A stretch of 64,000 nucleotides of DNA from Clostridia bacterium (GTDB lineage: Bacteria; Bacillota; Clostridia; Oscillospirales; CAG-272). The stretch covers positions 3,454-67,453 of the forward strand of contig JAFTKO010000043.1 in NCBI GenBank assembly GCA_017453205.1, written 5' to 3'. Below the pieces are notes generated by a model. That model was not told where the DNA came from, searched no databases, and saw only the letters and a list, made by a program, of their open reading frames with translations. Positions 46,278-55,551 of the stretch are shown here, piece after piece. Made by a program: the position numbers and the translations under genes. The number at the start of each line of letters is the position of its first letter. Position 1 is the stretch's first letter.

Positions 46278-47129
46278 ATGGAATTGCTTCAATTACGTTA
46301 TTTTTACGATAGTGCAAAAACCGAAAGCTTTGCAAAAACAGCAGAAAAATATATGGTTCCCGCCACCTCAGTATCCGCCTCGGTAAAAAAATTGGAAAAA
46401 GAGCTGGGGTGCCCACTCTTTGACAGAACTACCAATCGTATCTTGCTAAACGATAATGGAAAACGGTTACAACAGTCGTTATGCTCCATTTTCGAGGAGT
46501 TGGATTCCGTAGTAAACAACCTCTCTCTGACTACTCTATCGGACAAAAGAGAAATTAATATCCTTGCCAGATCCTTACGCAGCACGCTTACAGATTATAT
46601 CATCGAATACAAGGCAAAAAACCCACAAGCCCGCTTTAAAATTGCCTTTGATTTTGATAACGACAATTATAAAAATTATGACATTATTATTGACGAGCTA
46701 ACCGATGCTTACCACGAGTATGAAAAATTTGAGCTTTGCAGCTTGCGTATTCGCATCGCTTGCTCTGCTAACAATCATTTGTGCGGCAAACAACTCACCC
46801 TAAAACAGCTCTGCAATCAACACTTTATTACGTTTGGTGAAAAAAGCAATCTCCAAAAAATTTTGATCAACGCTTGTAAACGCGCGGGATTTACACCTGA
46901 TATTTTGATACAAGTAAACGATCACATTTGCTACGAAAAATGTATCGCGTCCGGATTGGTTTTGGGGTTGAGCCGTGATTACGCGCACAAACCTCACAAT
47001 GATAAAATCAGTTTTTTGGATGTAAAAGACTTTAATGAACGTCAAACCATTTGTGCATTTTATAGGAAAGAATCTAATTACGGTTATATCAAGCATTTTT
47101 TAGATTTTATCAGAAGCCGCGAAATGTAG
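46278..47129 (+). CDS. LysR-family transcriptional regulator
   Basis: N-terminal wHTH MELLQLRYFYDSAKTESFAKTAEKYMVPATSVSASVKKLEKELG. GGAGG is the RBS. Divergent from the SBP operon. Confidence 0.85.
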   Translation: MELLQLRYFYDSAKTESFAKTAEKYMVPATSVSASVKKLEKELGCPLFDRTTNRILLNDNGKRLQQSLCSIFEELDSVVNNLSLTTLSDKREINILARSLRSTLTDYIIEYKAKNPQARFKIAFDFDNDNYKNYDIIIDELTDAYHEYEKFELCSLRIRIACSANNHLCGKQLTLKQLCNQHFITFGEKSNLQKILINACKRAGFTPDILIQVNDHICYEKCIASGLVLGLSRDYAHKPHNDKISFLDVKDFNERQTICAFYRKESNYGYIKHFLDFIRSREM

Positions 47130-47163
47130 AATAAAATGCAAATTTGTGGTAAAATAGAAAGAG

Positions 47164-47190
47164 CCCCCGAAAACCCAGTGTTTTCGGGGG
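47164..47190. terminator. Perfect 11-bp GC-rich hairpin
   Basis: CCCCCGAAAAC ccagt GTTTTCGGGGG. A T-rich tail is present only on the minus strand. Confidence 0.5.
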
Positions 47191-47325
47191 TAGTGGAAGT
47201 TTCCGTGTTCGTCACATACAAGCGGGCTATCCTCGCGGAAATAGTACTCTTTCCGTAATTCCTCTATCATTTAACTGCCGTATCGTTTAGCCGTATCCCA
47301 ATTTTAATAGCAAGAAAATCGAGTA

Positions 47326-47359
47326 GGGTCTGTTGCAAATAAAGATTTGCGATAGACCC
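47326..47359. terminator. Hairpin immediately downstream of the AraC gene; T-rich on both sides
   Basis: GGGTCTGTTGCAAAT / ATTTGCGATAGACCC (2 mismatches). Confidence 0.5.
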
Positions 47360-47365
47360 ATTTCT

Positions 47366-48130
47366 TTATATCCTTGTGCCTTCGCGCCTAATCTCAAGCG
47401 AAGTTTTGCCGGTTACCTTGCGAAGCTGCTTGCGAAAATACGCCGCGTTGCAAAAACCTGTGCGTGAGCAAATCTCCTCAACTGAGAGGTCAGTCGTCAA
47501 AAGCAACTCTACCGCCCTTTTTACAAGTATTTGGTTTTTCAATTCGACAGGCGTCAGTCCCCCGTACTGCTTGAAAAATGCGAAAAGCCCCGACTCGCTC
47601 ATATGGCAGTGCGCGGCGAGCTCACACACGCGAAAATTTGGGTGCTCGGATACGTATTTTACCGCCCTCTCCCACGCCGCCGCGCGAGAATCGGCAGTAT
47701 CGCGGCGCATATTTTCCAACGACAGACCGACAAAGAGATACAAAAGTCCAACCGAGGTCGGCGACACCTTGATATCGCGCGAGAGCGTATCGAGCATCTC
47801 CCTCTCTGCCTCACTTGCCTCTATTTTTTGCATCGCGTAGTGAATTTCGCTTGAGACGGGCATCATTTTAAAGCCGTAAGACTCCCACGCGACCTCACTT
47901 GCCTCGCCGCAAGACCAATAGGAATGGTATTTCAGTCCCTTGGGCAGATAAAATATCTCACCCTCGCCCACCTCTATCGTCTCGCCCGACAGGGAAACGA
48001 TCTTCGCGCTCCCCGAGATCATTCTTGCGATATAATGATACGGTATGCCGCAGGAATTGTCGGTTCGGCTTGCGCAGGAGCGATGGTGCACATTAAACCG
48101 AAATGAATTGTAGAAAGATATCTGTTCCAT
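47366..48130 (-). CDS. AraC-family regulator (cupin + HTH)
   Basis: C-terminal HTH ...VEEICSRTGFCNAAYFRKQLRKVTG. Divergent from the oxidoreductase operon. Confidence 0.8.
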   Translation of the reverse strand: MEQISFYNSFRFNVHHRSCASRTDNSCGIPYHYIARMISGSAKIVSLSGETIEVGEGEIFYLPKGLKYHSYWSCGEASEVAWESYGFKMMPVSSEIHYAMQKIEASEAEREMLDTLSRDIKVSPTSVGLLYLFVGLSLENMRRDTADSRAAAWERAVKYVSEHPNFRVCELAAHCHMSESGLFAFFKQYGGLTPVELKNQILVKRAVELLLTTDLSVEEICSRTGFCNAAYFRKQLRKVTGKTSLEIRREGTRI

Positions 48131-48248
48131 ATCACTTTTCTCCGCTTTTTTAGAGTATCGCATTCTTTTTTTACAGTATAGCATATTGCAAGTCGCACGT
48201 CAAGATGGTAAAATAAATAAAAATAAAAAACGAAAGGAAACCAAACAT

Positions 48249-49256
48249 ATGTCTAACAAAGGTATATTTTTTGTAGCGTCGGGCGTCGCGGAGCTTCAAG
48301 ACAAGGAGATGCCCGATATTTCCGACAAACCCAATTATATTATAGTAAAAACTGCGGTATCAAGCGTCAGTGCAGGAACTGAGCGTGCAAATCTCCTCGG
48401 TGACCCCTCAAACTCGGCAGGCACGAAGCGGTTTCCCTGCCAGCTTGGCTACAGCCTCAGCGGTGTCATTGTGGAGATTGGCAACGCGGTAAAAAAGGTT
48501 AAGGTCGGCGACCGCGTGGCGTGTCGCTGGACTACCCACTCGCTCTATTGCGCGATAGATCAAGACCTCGCCGAAATTATCCCCGACAACGTGTCGTTTG
48601 AGGAGGCGGCGCTCACCAATATCGCAACCTTTCCTATGGCGGCAATCAGAAAGTGCCGTCTTGAGCTTGCCGAGTCGGCAATCGTTATGGGACTCGGCGT
48701 ACTGGGAATCTTCGCGATCGAGGAATTAAAGCTTGCGGGCGCGGCTCCGATCGTAGCCGTCGATCCGATCCTCGAAAAGCGTGAGCTTGCCATAAAGCTT
48801 GGCGCAGATTACGCCTTTGATCCCTTTGAGAAAGGCTTTGCCGAGAAAGTCAAGGCGGTCACAGGTGGTGGCGCAAAGGTCGCTATCGAGGTCACGGGCA
48901 ATGGTCAAGGACTTGATATGGTGCTTGACTGTATGGCAAGATTCGGACGCGTGGCGCTGCTTGGTTGTACAAGAAATTCCGACTTCACGATAGATTATTA
49001 CCGCAAGGTACACAATCCCGGAATCACGCTTGTCGGCGCACACACAAGTGCGCGACCGGATATTGAATCGCACGAGGGCTGGTGGACACAGAGCGACGAT
49101 ATGAAAGCAACTCTCCGCCTCATCTCGCTCGGTCGATTCAACGTCAAAAAGCTGATCGACGAAACCTTCTCCCCCGACCAAGCCCCCGAGGTCTACGGAC
49201 GCCTTGCAAAGGAGCCATCGTTCCCGATCGTTCAGTTTGATTGGAGAGCGCTTTGA
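48249..49256 (+). CDS. Medium-chain (zinc-type) alcohol/polyol dehydrogenase family protein
   Basis: GroES-like N-terminus and Rossmann GLGVLGIFAIEELKLAGA. Confidence 0.7.
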   Translation: MSNKGIFFVASGVAELQDKEMPDISDKPNYIIVKTAVSSVSAGTERANLLGDPSNSAGTKRFPCQLGYSLSGVIVEIGNAVKKVKVGDRVACRWTTHSLYCAIDQDLAEIIPDNVSFEEAALTNIATFPMAAIRKCRLELAESAIVMGLGVLGIFAIEELKLAGAAPIVAVDPILEKRELAIKLGADYAFDPFEKGFAEKVKAVTGGGAKVAIEVTGNGQGLDMVLDCMARFGRVALLGCTRNSDFTIDYYRKVHNPGITLVGAHTSARPDIESHEGWWTQSDDMKATLRLISLGRFNVKKLIDETFSPDQAPEVYGRLAKEPSFPIVQFDWRAL

Positions 49257-49257
49257 T

Positions 49258-50265
49258 ATGAGAAAAATAAGGATCGCACAGATCGGTATCAACCAGTACA
49301 GCCACGGCCCTGAGATATTCACGAGCCTCGTTGAGCTTAAAGATATTTTCGAGGTGGTCGGCTACGCGCTTGTCGAGGATGAGCGTGAGCGATGCGTCGA
49401 CAAGCTCCACGTTTTCGAGGGCTACCCCGAGCTGACTCTCGAAGAAATTCTGAACGACAAGGGTATTGAGGCAGTGACGGTCGAGGTCGACGAGATACAC
49501 CTCAGTAAATACGCCAAAATGGCGGTCGACGCGGGCAAGCATGTTCATATGGAAAAGCCGGGAAGCCAGGATCTTTCAAGCTTCGAGTCCCTTATCAAGA
49601 GTGTCAAGAGGAGCGGAAAGGTATTCCACATCGGATATATGTACCGCTATAACGAATTTTTAGCCAATGCCATCGACGATGCCAAGACAGGCAAATTCGG
49701 AACGATATTCAGCATTGAGGCTCATATGAGCCGCTGGGACAACAAAAAAACACGCGAGTGGCTTGGCACCTTTCAGGGGGGGATGATGTTCTATCTCGGC
49801 TGTCACCTCGTTGACCTCGTGTTGCGCATCCAAGGCATCCCCGACGAGATAGTTCCTATGACCGCGTCATCGGGCATCGACGGAGTGGAATCCGAGGATG
49901 TAAGCTTCGCCATGCTCAAATACCCGCACGGTGTGTCGGTGATCAGAACCTGCGCCGGCGAGGTCGGTGGATTTTTCCGCCGTCAGCTCGTCATCTGCGG
50001 CTCGAAGCGCACGCTTGAAATAAAACCTATCGAGGGTATCGAAAACGGACTCTACACCGAGCAGGTCGATAGGATTATGACGGGGAACAAAGGCAGCCGC
50101 GGCGAGGTCGAGCATAAGCGAAGTCAGCCATTCAGCAGATACGACAAAATGTTAAAATCCTTTGCCGCAATGGTGCGCGGCGAGATCGACAACCCCTACA
50201 CCGCAGACTACGAGCTTGCGCTTTTCCGCACAATTCTCAAATGCTGCGGCGTTGAAAATGAATAA
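49258..50265 (+). CDS. Gfo/Idh/MocA-family oxidoreductase
   Basis: IRIAQIGINQYSHG Rossmann start; HVHMEKPG (EKP motif). The start lies 1 nt after the upstream stop. Confidence 0.8.
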   Translation: MRKIRIAQIGINQYSHGPEIFTSLVELKDIFEVVGYALVEDERERCVDKLHVFEGYPELTLEEILNDKGIEAVTVEVDEIHLSKYAKMAVDAGKHVHMEKPGSQDLSSFESLIKSVKRSGKVFHIGYMYRYNEFLANAIDDAKTGKFGTIFSIEAHMSRWDNKKTREWLGTFQGGMMFYLGCHLVDLVLRIQGIPDEIVPMTASSGIDGVESEDVSFAMLKYPHGVSVIRTCAGEVGGFFRRQLVICGSKRTLEIKPIEGIENGLYTEQVDRIMTGNKGSRGEVEHKRSQPFSRYDKMLKSFAAMVRGEIDNPYTADYELALFRTILKCCGVENE

Positions 50266-50277
50266 AGGAGTAAGATT

Positions 50278-51264
50278 ATGAAAGCAATATTGGTAGATAA
50301 AAACGACAGAAGCCTGCATTGGAGCGACGTACCCGATCCCGTAATGCAGAGCAATGAGGTGCTGGTAAAGATCGAGGCGACAGCACTCAACAGAGCCGAC
50401 TTGATGCAACGCGAGGGCGATTATCCGCCCCCTCCCGGCGCTCCCGATTGGATGGGTCTGGAGATTGCGGGAACCATCGTAAGCGTGGGTAAGGAAGCCC
50501 AAAAGAACTCCTCATGGAAGGTTGGCGACAAGGTGTGCGCACTGCTTGGGGGCGGTGGATATGCCGAATACGTAACCGTGCGCTACGATATGCTCATGCC
50601 AATTCCCGAAAATTGCTCGATGGTGGAAGCCGCGGCGATCCCCGAGGCGTTTGCAACGGCGTATCTCAACCTGTTTATCGAGGGGAAGATCCAAGCAGGG
50701 AACACACTCTTAATGAACGCGGGCGCCAGCGGACTTGCCAGCGTGATTATTCCCATGGCAAAGGCGTTTGGCGTACGTGTGATCACCACCGTACTATCTG
50801 ATGAAATCGCGGCGTCGATCAAGCACCTAAATGCCGACGTGGTGGTGAATACACGCAAGGAAAATATTGCCGAGGTACTGAAGCGCGAGCTGGAGAACGG
50901 TCATTCCGTGGACGTGGCGATCGACTGTCTGGGCGGTGAGATCATGGGGCAGTGCCTGCATTATCTGACGCACGGCGCGCGTTGGATCGTGATCGCGGCT
51001 CTTGCAGGTCAGAAAACCGAGATCGACCTCAAAAACATCTACGTCCGCAACGTGCGTATCATGGGTAGCACGCTTCGCTCGCGTACACCCACGGTCAAAG
51101 CCGAGATTTTGGCAAGCCTTGTGCGCGATGTATGGCCCAAGGTTGCAAGCGGCGAGGTGAAGCCTACGATCTACAAGGTTCTGCCGATCACAGAGGCAGA
51201 GGCGGCGCACGATATTCTGTATCGCGGCGAGAATGTGGGCAAGGTCGTATTGACGGTCGAATGA
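50278..51264 (+). CDS. NAD(P)H:quinone oxidoreductase (PIG3/Qor type)
   Basis: VLVKIEATALNRADLMQREGDYPPPPGAPDWMGLEIAGTIVSVG; NAGASGLAS. Confidence 0.8.
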   Translation: MKAILVDKNDRSLHWSDVPDPVMQSNEVLVKIEATALNRADLMQREGDYPPPPGAPDWMGLEIAGTIVSVGKEAQKNSSWKVGDKVCALLGGGGYAEYVTVRYDMLMPIPENCSMVEAAAIPEAFATAYLNLFIEGKIQAGNTLLMNAGASGLASVIIPMAKAFGVRVITTVLSDEIAASIKHLNADVVVNTRKENIAEVLKRELENGHSVDVAIDCLGGEIMGQCLHYLTHGARWIVIAALAGQKTEIDLKNIYVRNVRIMGSTLRSRTPTVKAEILASLVRDVWPKVASGEVKPTIYKVLPITEAEAAHDILYRGENVGKVVLTVE

Positions 51265-51890
51265 GGATCACGCCACTCAAATACGCGTCCTCGATGTTGT
51301 CGGAGGCAGCAATCCTTCGCGGTGGCGACCCCGGGCGCGTATTGCCGATCGATTTTATCATATATCTCATCGAAGTCGGAGAACGTAAGCTGCTCGTAGA
51401 TACCGGGTGTGTAACGATGCCCGGATTTGAGATGCGGGATTTTTGCGGTCCGATCAATGCTTTGCAGGCTTATGGTGTGGAACCGACCGACATCACCGAT
51501 CTTTTAATTACGCACGCGCATCACGATCATATTGAGTGCGCCAACGCCTATCCCAATACAACGATTTTCATTCAATCCGATGAATATGAGAAAGCAAAAA
51601 AACAAAATTACATTTCCGAGCGGGCTAACGTACAATTGTTTTCGGAACGTATTGAAATATGCAGGGGTGTGGAAATGCGAAGGATCGGCGGACACAGCAT
51701 CGGCTCGTCGGTGGTACATATCCGTGACGGAGCGTATGAATACGTGATCGTGGGGGACGAATGCTACAAGAAAGTGTGTATGGAGCGTGGCATCCCAACC
51801 GGTTGCTCACGTTGTCCCGAAAAAAGCGAGGCATTTATTCAAACCTACAGTAATCCAAAATATACACTTCTTTATTGTCATGACACGTAA
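51261..51890 (+). CDS. Small MBL-fold hydrolase (lactonase-like)
   Basis: ITHAHHDH (HxHxDH). ATGA overlap with the upstream gene. Confidence 0.65.
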   Translation: MRITPLKYASSMLSEAAILRGGDPGRVLPIDFIIYLIEVGERKLLVDTGCVTMPGFEMRDFCGPINALQAYGVEPTDITDLLITHAHHDHIECANAYPNTTIFIQSDEYEKAKKQNYISERANVQLFSERIEICRGVEMRRIGGHSIGSSVVHIRDGAYEYVIVGDECYKKVCMERGIPTGCSRCPEKSEAFIQTYSNPKYTLLYCHDT

Positions 51891-51985
51891 TTAAAAACAC
51901 AGGTGTTTTGTCGGGGCATTCCGAGAGAAATATATACTATGTGGGTTTGAATACAGTAAAGTTAGTATTAAGGCGGTTTCAAAAG

Positions 51986-52024
51986 AACGACAGTTTTTTA
52001 CCGGAAAGGTATTGAACTGTCGTT
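51986..52024. terminator. 10-bp perfect hairpin between convergent operons
   Basis: AACGACAGTT ... AACTGTCGTT with a 19-nt loop. Confidence 0.4.
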
Positions 52025-52055
52025 TGCTTTGTAATATGCAATCGTTTCTTTAAAA

Positions 52056-53201
52056 TTATTGCTCGTTAACCTCGTCAACGAATACTTTCTTGACCGCCTC
52101 AAGGTAGCCGTAGCCGTATACATTGTCCGGCTGGAGGTAGCTTGTTTCCGTCCATTCGTTCCAGCTGTTTACAGTGATCAGAGGCGCCTTGAGCTTATCC
52201 ATATGCGCGTCAACGAAATTTCTTGCTCTTCTGAACGCCTCCTCAACAAGCTCCGGAGTGTTGCCATAACAAACATTCTCATGATGAATATTGTATCTGG
52301 GGTTGGCATCCCAACCCACGGATACATGAGGATAGTAAGGAACGCAGTAGCTCTCTATCATATTATTCCATTCTCTTTCGGCAGCATCGATGAGCGCGGA
52401 ATAGTGATTCTTCATGCGCATAAAGTGACAGAACTGATAATTGGATACGCCTGTGATACCAACTCCCTCCGCAACTTCTCTCTCGGATACCTTCTCGCTA
52501 CCGTCAACTCCGCTTTCGTTTTCAACCCCCGAGCCATAGGATACCATTTGAATTTCAAGACCGGGAAATCCCGCCTCGACAGTTTTTGCCTTGAAGAATT
52601 CAAGCGCCTCGCGTGTTGCGTCAAATCCGCCAAGCCCGTGCATCAGATTACCGAGCGAATAGATCATAAACACAGGCTTGCCGTCAATCTTATAGTAGTT
52701 GGGCTGTGAAAAATATTTGGTGATCATGCGGTCAACGATAATGTCAAACTGCCCTCTGTCAACAGATCCGTCCCAAATGGTAGGATTTGAGGTTTGAACC
52801 ATATCGGAATTACGCTTGTCCCATGTGTAGTTTGCATCATGATTAGCCCACATGATATAGAACTTCATTTTATCCTTATTGGATGCCTTGAGGAAGCCGT
52901 CATCAAGACACTGCTCAAGAAAAGGACGATTCTCATACCAATACCAATCATAGATAAAGACGTTCACGCCGTGCTTTACCGCTTCTTCAATCTGGAATTC
53001 CATCACCTTGGGGTCTGCCTCGTCCCGATAGCCCCAAAGAGGCTTTCTGTCCCAATAATAGTTAATTTCGGGGATATCCATGACGGTATCGCGTACCGTC
53101 TGCCATTCACCGATGTCTTCGGACCAGAATATCTTGGTTCTGGGCTCCTTACCTGTATACGCAGGCCAAATAAACGCCGCAACGTCATATTTCTTTTGCA
53201 T
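52056..53201 (-). CDS. GH99-like / WbsX-like domain protein
   Basis: VAAFIWPAY...GEWQTV, GYRDEADPKVMEFQIEEAVKHGVNVFIYDWYW and YIMWANHDANYTWD parallel the WbsX-family pattern as I recall it. AAAGGAG is the RBS. Confidence 0.5.
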   Translation of the reverse strand: MQKKYDVAAFIWPAYTGKEPRTKIFWSEDIGEWQTVRDTVMDIPEINYYWDRKPLWGYRDEADPKVMEFQIEEAVKHGVNVFIYDWYWYENRPFLEQCLDDGFLKASNKDKMKFYIMWANHDANYTWDKRNSDMVQTSNPTIWDGSVDRGQFDIIVDRMITKYFSQPNYYKIDGKPVFMIYSLGNLMHGLGGFDATREALEFFKAKTVEAGFPGLEIQMVSYGSGVENESGVDGSEKVSEREVAEGVGITGVSNYQFCHFMRMKNHYSALIDAAEREWNNMIESYCVPYYPHVSVGWDANPRYNIHHENVCYGNTPELVEEAFRRARNFVDAHMDKLKAPLITVNSWNEWTETSYLQPDNVYGYGYLEAVKKVFVDEVNEQ

Positions 53202-53258
53202 AGTCTGCTCCTTTCGGATTGTAATAATCAAAATATTGAATCATATGGATATTATATT

Positions 53259-55511
53259 TTACACCAAAGTTACTTCGACGGTATGCTCGTCAAGATCGGA
53301 AAACAACGGAACAACGTTCCCCTCAATAGGCTTGCCGTCCACTTTCAGAGAAACGGAGCTCCCGCCCTTATTAACATAATGGAAGTTTAGCTTATTTCCT
53401 CGGAAACGCCGAGTCGCGCTTACCGTTTCCCATTGCTTCGGGAAGGCAGGTTGAATGTGCAGACCGTCATAATGCCGTTGCAATCCCAAGATTCCCTCGT
53501 AGCAACACATCAATCCCCACGCCGATGTTCCCGTTTTCCATGAGGAACCTACGCGCATATCGCAGTTGGGATGCTTCAAATAACAGTTTGTAAAAACGTA
53601 CGGCTCGGTAGTAGTAATGTCGGACGGATTACTCTTTCCGTCGGGAAGAATTTTGAGCAGGGTCGCCACGGCTTCATCCGCCCGTCCAAGACGGCAATCT
53701 GCCATCACCTTAAAACAGCCTGCGTGGTTATAAATGCCACCGTTTTCATAAATTCCGGGGAGCATCCCGCTCATGCGGCCAACCGCTTCGTCAAAGGCAA
53801 CATACGCAGGAGAACAAAGCGGAACACCCTCGTCCGTTTCCATAGCATCAATTGCCCCCAACACGGAAGAACGCCGTTCTTCGGTACAAATTCCTGACAG
53901 AATAGACCAACCTTGGGGATTGACGTAGATTTTACCTCCATTTTGAGCATCATGATCTCCTACAGTACCGAAACGGGAAAACGCGCGCACATAATATTCT
54001 CCATTATATGCCACACCGTTTACGGTATTTTTTAAGGTTTCATACTTTTCCCACACAGCCTCTGCATATCCGATCTTGCCAATGTATCGGGCAAGTTGCT
54101 CCATCTCAAGATATACGCATCCGATCAGCATTGCCATCAACACCGACTCACCGTTTTCATCCGGAATATTCAGTGCGTCATTCCAATCGGCGTAATGGAT
54201 CTTCGGAAGTCCGTTTGGTCCGTAATTCTCGAGTGCGGAAAGCCATTCCACAGCCCTTTCGAGATGCTCCCAAACACTTCCATCTCCACCGTCCAGATAA
54301 GCAAAGCTTTGATCCAAAAAGTCAATGTCTCCCGTTTCCTTAATATACTCACAGATCGAATAAACAAGCCAACAGGACGGATCGGAATATACATGCTTAT
54401 CCACGACAGGATACCAAAGAAGAACCGAATGTCCGTCCGAATACTGATGAACAATGCACTCCTTGATCACCTCTCCCGCTTTATCGGAATCGCAGTTTAG
54501 AATCCCCATAGCTAATTGCGAATTGTCGCGCACGGCTTTCTTTCCCAACATACAAAGGCGGATCTGATGCTCAGCCCAATGGTTTAGCACGCGATTGATC
54601 TGCGGCTCGGGGCAACTGACAGAAAGAGAACCAAAGGGTGACGGAGAGGAAAGACGGGTTTCAAAGATCGCACGACACTCTTCATAAAATTCTTGACGGG
54701 ATTGAATAATCTCGTCCTTATGTTCGGCAAGTCCCAGCGCATAATATACGGTGATCGATTCGTCCTTTTGCAACACGACTTGACTTTGTAATATCCCCGC
54801 TCTGCTTCGAACATCGGAATGATCGTTTGCACAATCCAAGCCCTGCGCAATCACTCGCGGGATCGTGGGGGTTCCCATCGTTCCAATAAACTTTTCGCCG
54901 TTTCCGCTATACGCCTTGATCGGTAATGAGGTAACGATATACCCCGAGCATCGCTTATGAGGCTTGAACGGATTTTGGTTTTCACACCACAAGCCTCCTG
55001 CATCTTCGCAAAACTCCGTTGCGCATGTTGTTTTCATGTTATAGTAAAAGGGTTGACTAAAGCCACCGAGCGAAAACTGTGTATACGTAAAAAGTGACAG
55101 CGTGCGCGTTTTGTCGGAACGGTTCGTCAGAGTGACACGCCACAGCTCTCGCGTATCATGGGGATCGACCGTATAAACGATCTCGCCTGCAATATTCTCG
55201 GTGACAGAGGATATCCTCGTATAGGTCTGCGCGTGCTCACAGCAATACTCATCAATCGGTGCAACCGTCGGATAGCCGCCGATGTTCCAAAATTTTTTAT
55301 TTTCCTCGTCACGCACGTAGAAAAAGGATTGACCGTCATTATATGCGATCGATATCGCGTCCTCGTTCAAATATCTTGACGAAGTTGCCCCCGTGTGTGC
55401 GACCGTGCAAATATAACCCATATCGTTAAAAAGGAAATTCGACCATTCTTTACCCGTTTCGGGATCATAAAGAAAGAATTGCCCTTTTTCGGTATTAAAA
55501 TCGTATTTCAT
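53259..55511 (-). CDS. GH94-like (cellobiose-phosphorylase superfamily, (alpha/alpha)6) glycoside phosphorylase/hydrolase
   Basis: 750 aa. The N-terminal pattern F..YDPETGKEWSNFLFND...YVRDEENKKFWNIGGYP is typical of proteins annotated with a 'GH36-type glycosyl hydrolase domain'. The family call is tentative. Confidence 0.4.
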   Translation of the reverse strand: MKYDFNTEKGQFFLYDPETGKEWSNFLFNDMGYICTVAHTGATSSRYLNEDAISIAYNDGQSFFYVRDEENKKFWNIGGYPTVAPIDEYCCEHAQTYTRISSVTENIAGEIVYTVDPHDTRELWRVTLTNRSDKTRTLSLFTYTQFSLGGFSQPFYYNMKTTCATEFCEDAGGLWCENQNPFKPHKRCSGYIVTSLPIKAYSGNGEKFIGTMGTPTIPRVIAQGLDCANDHSDVRSRAGILQSQVVLQKDESITVYYALGLAEHKDEIIQSRQEFYEECRAIFETRLSSPSPFGSLSVSCPEPQINRVLNHWAEHQIRLCMLGKKAVRDNSQLAMGILNCDSDKAGEVIKECIVHQYSDGHSVLLWYPVVDKHVYSDPSCWLVYSICEYIKETGDIDFLDQSFAYLDGGDGSVWEHLERAVEWLSALENYGPNGLPKIHYADWNDALNIPDENGESVLMAMLIGCVYLEMEQLARYIGKIGYAEAVWEKYETLKNTVNGVAYNGEYYVRAFSRFGTVGDHDAQNGGKIYVNPQGWSILSGICTEERRSSVLGAIDAMETDEGVPLCSPAYVAFDEAVGRMSGMLPGIYENGGIYNHAGCFKVMADCRLGRADEAVATLLKILPDGKSNPSDITTTEPYVFTNCYLKHPNCDMRVGSSWKTGTSAWGLMCCYEGILGLQRHYDGLHIQPAFPKQWETVSATRRFRGNKLNFHYVNKGGSSVSLKVDGKPIEGNVVPLFSDLDEHTVEVTLV

Positions 55512-55551
55512 TCGTATTCCTTTCTGTTTTCGTATCTTTAGCTCTCATTCA

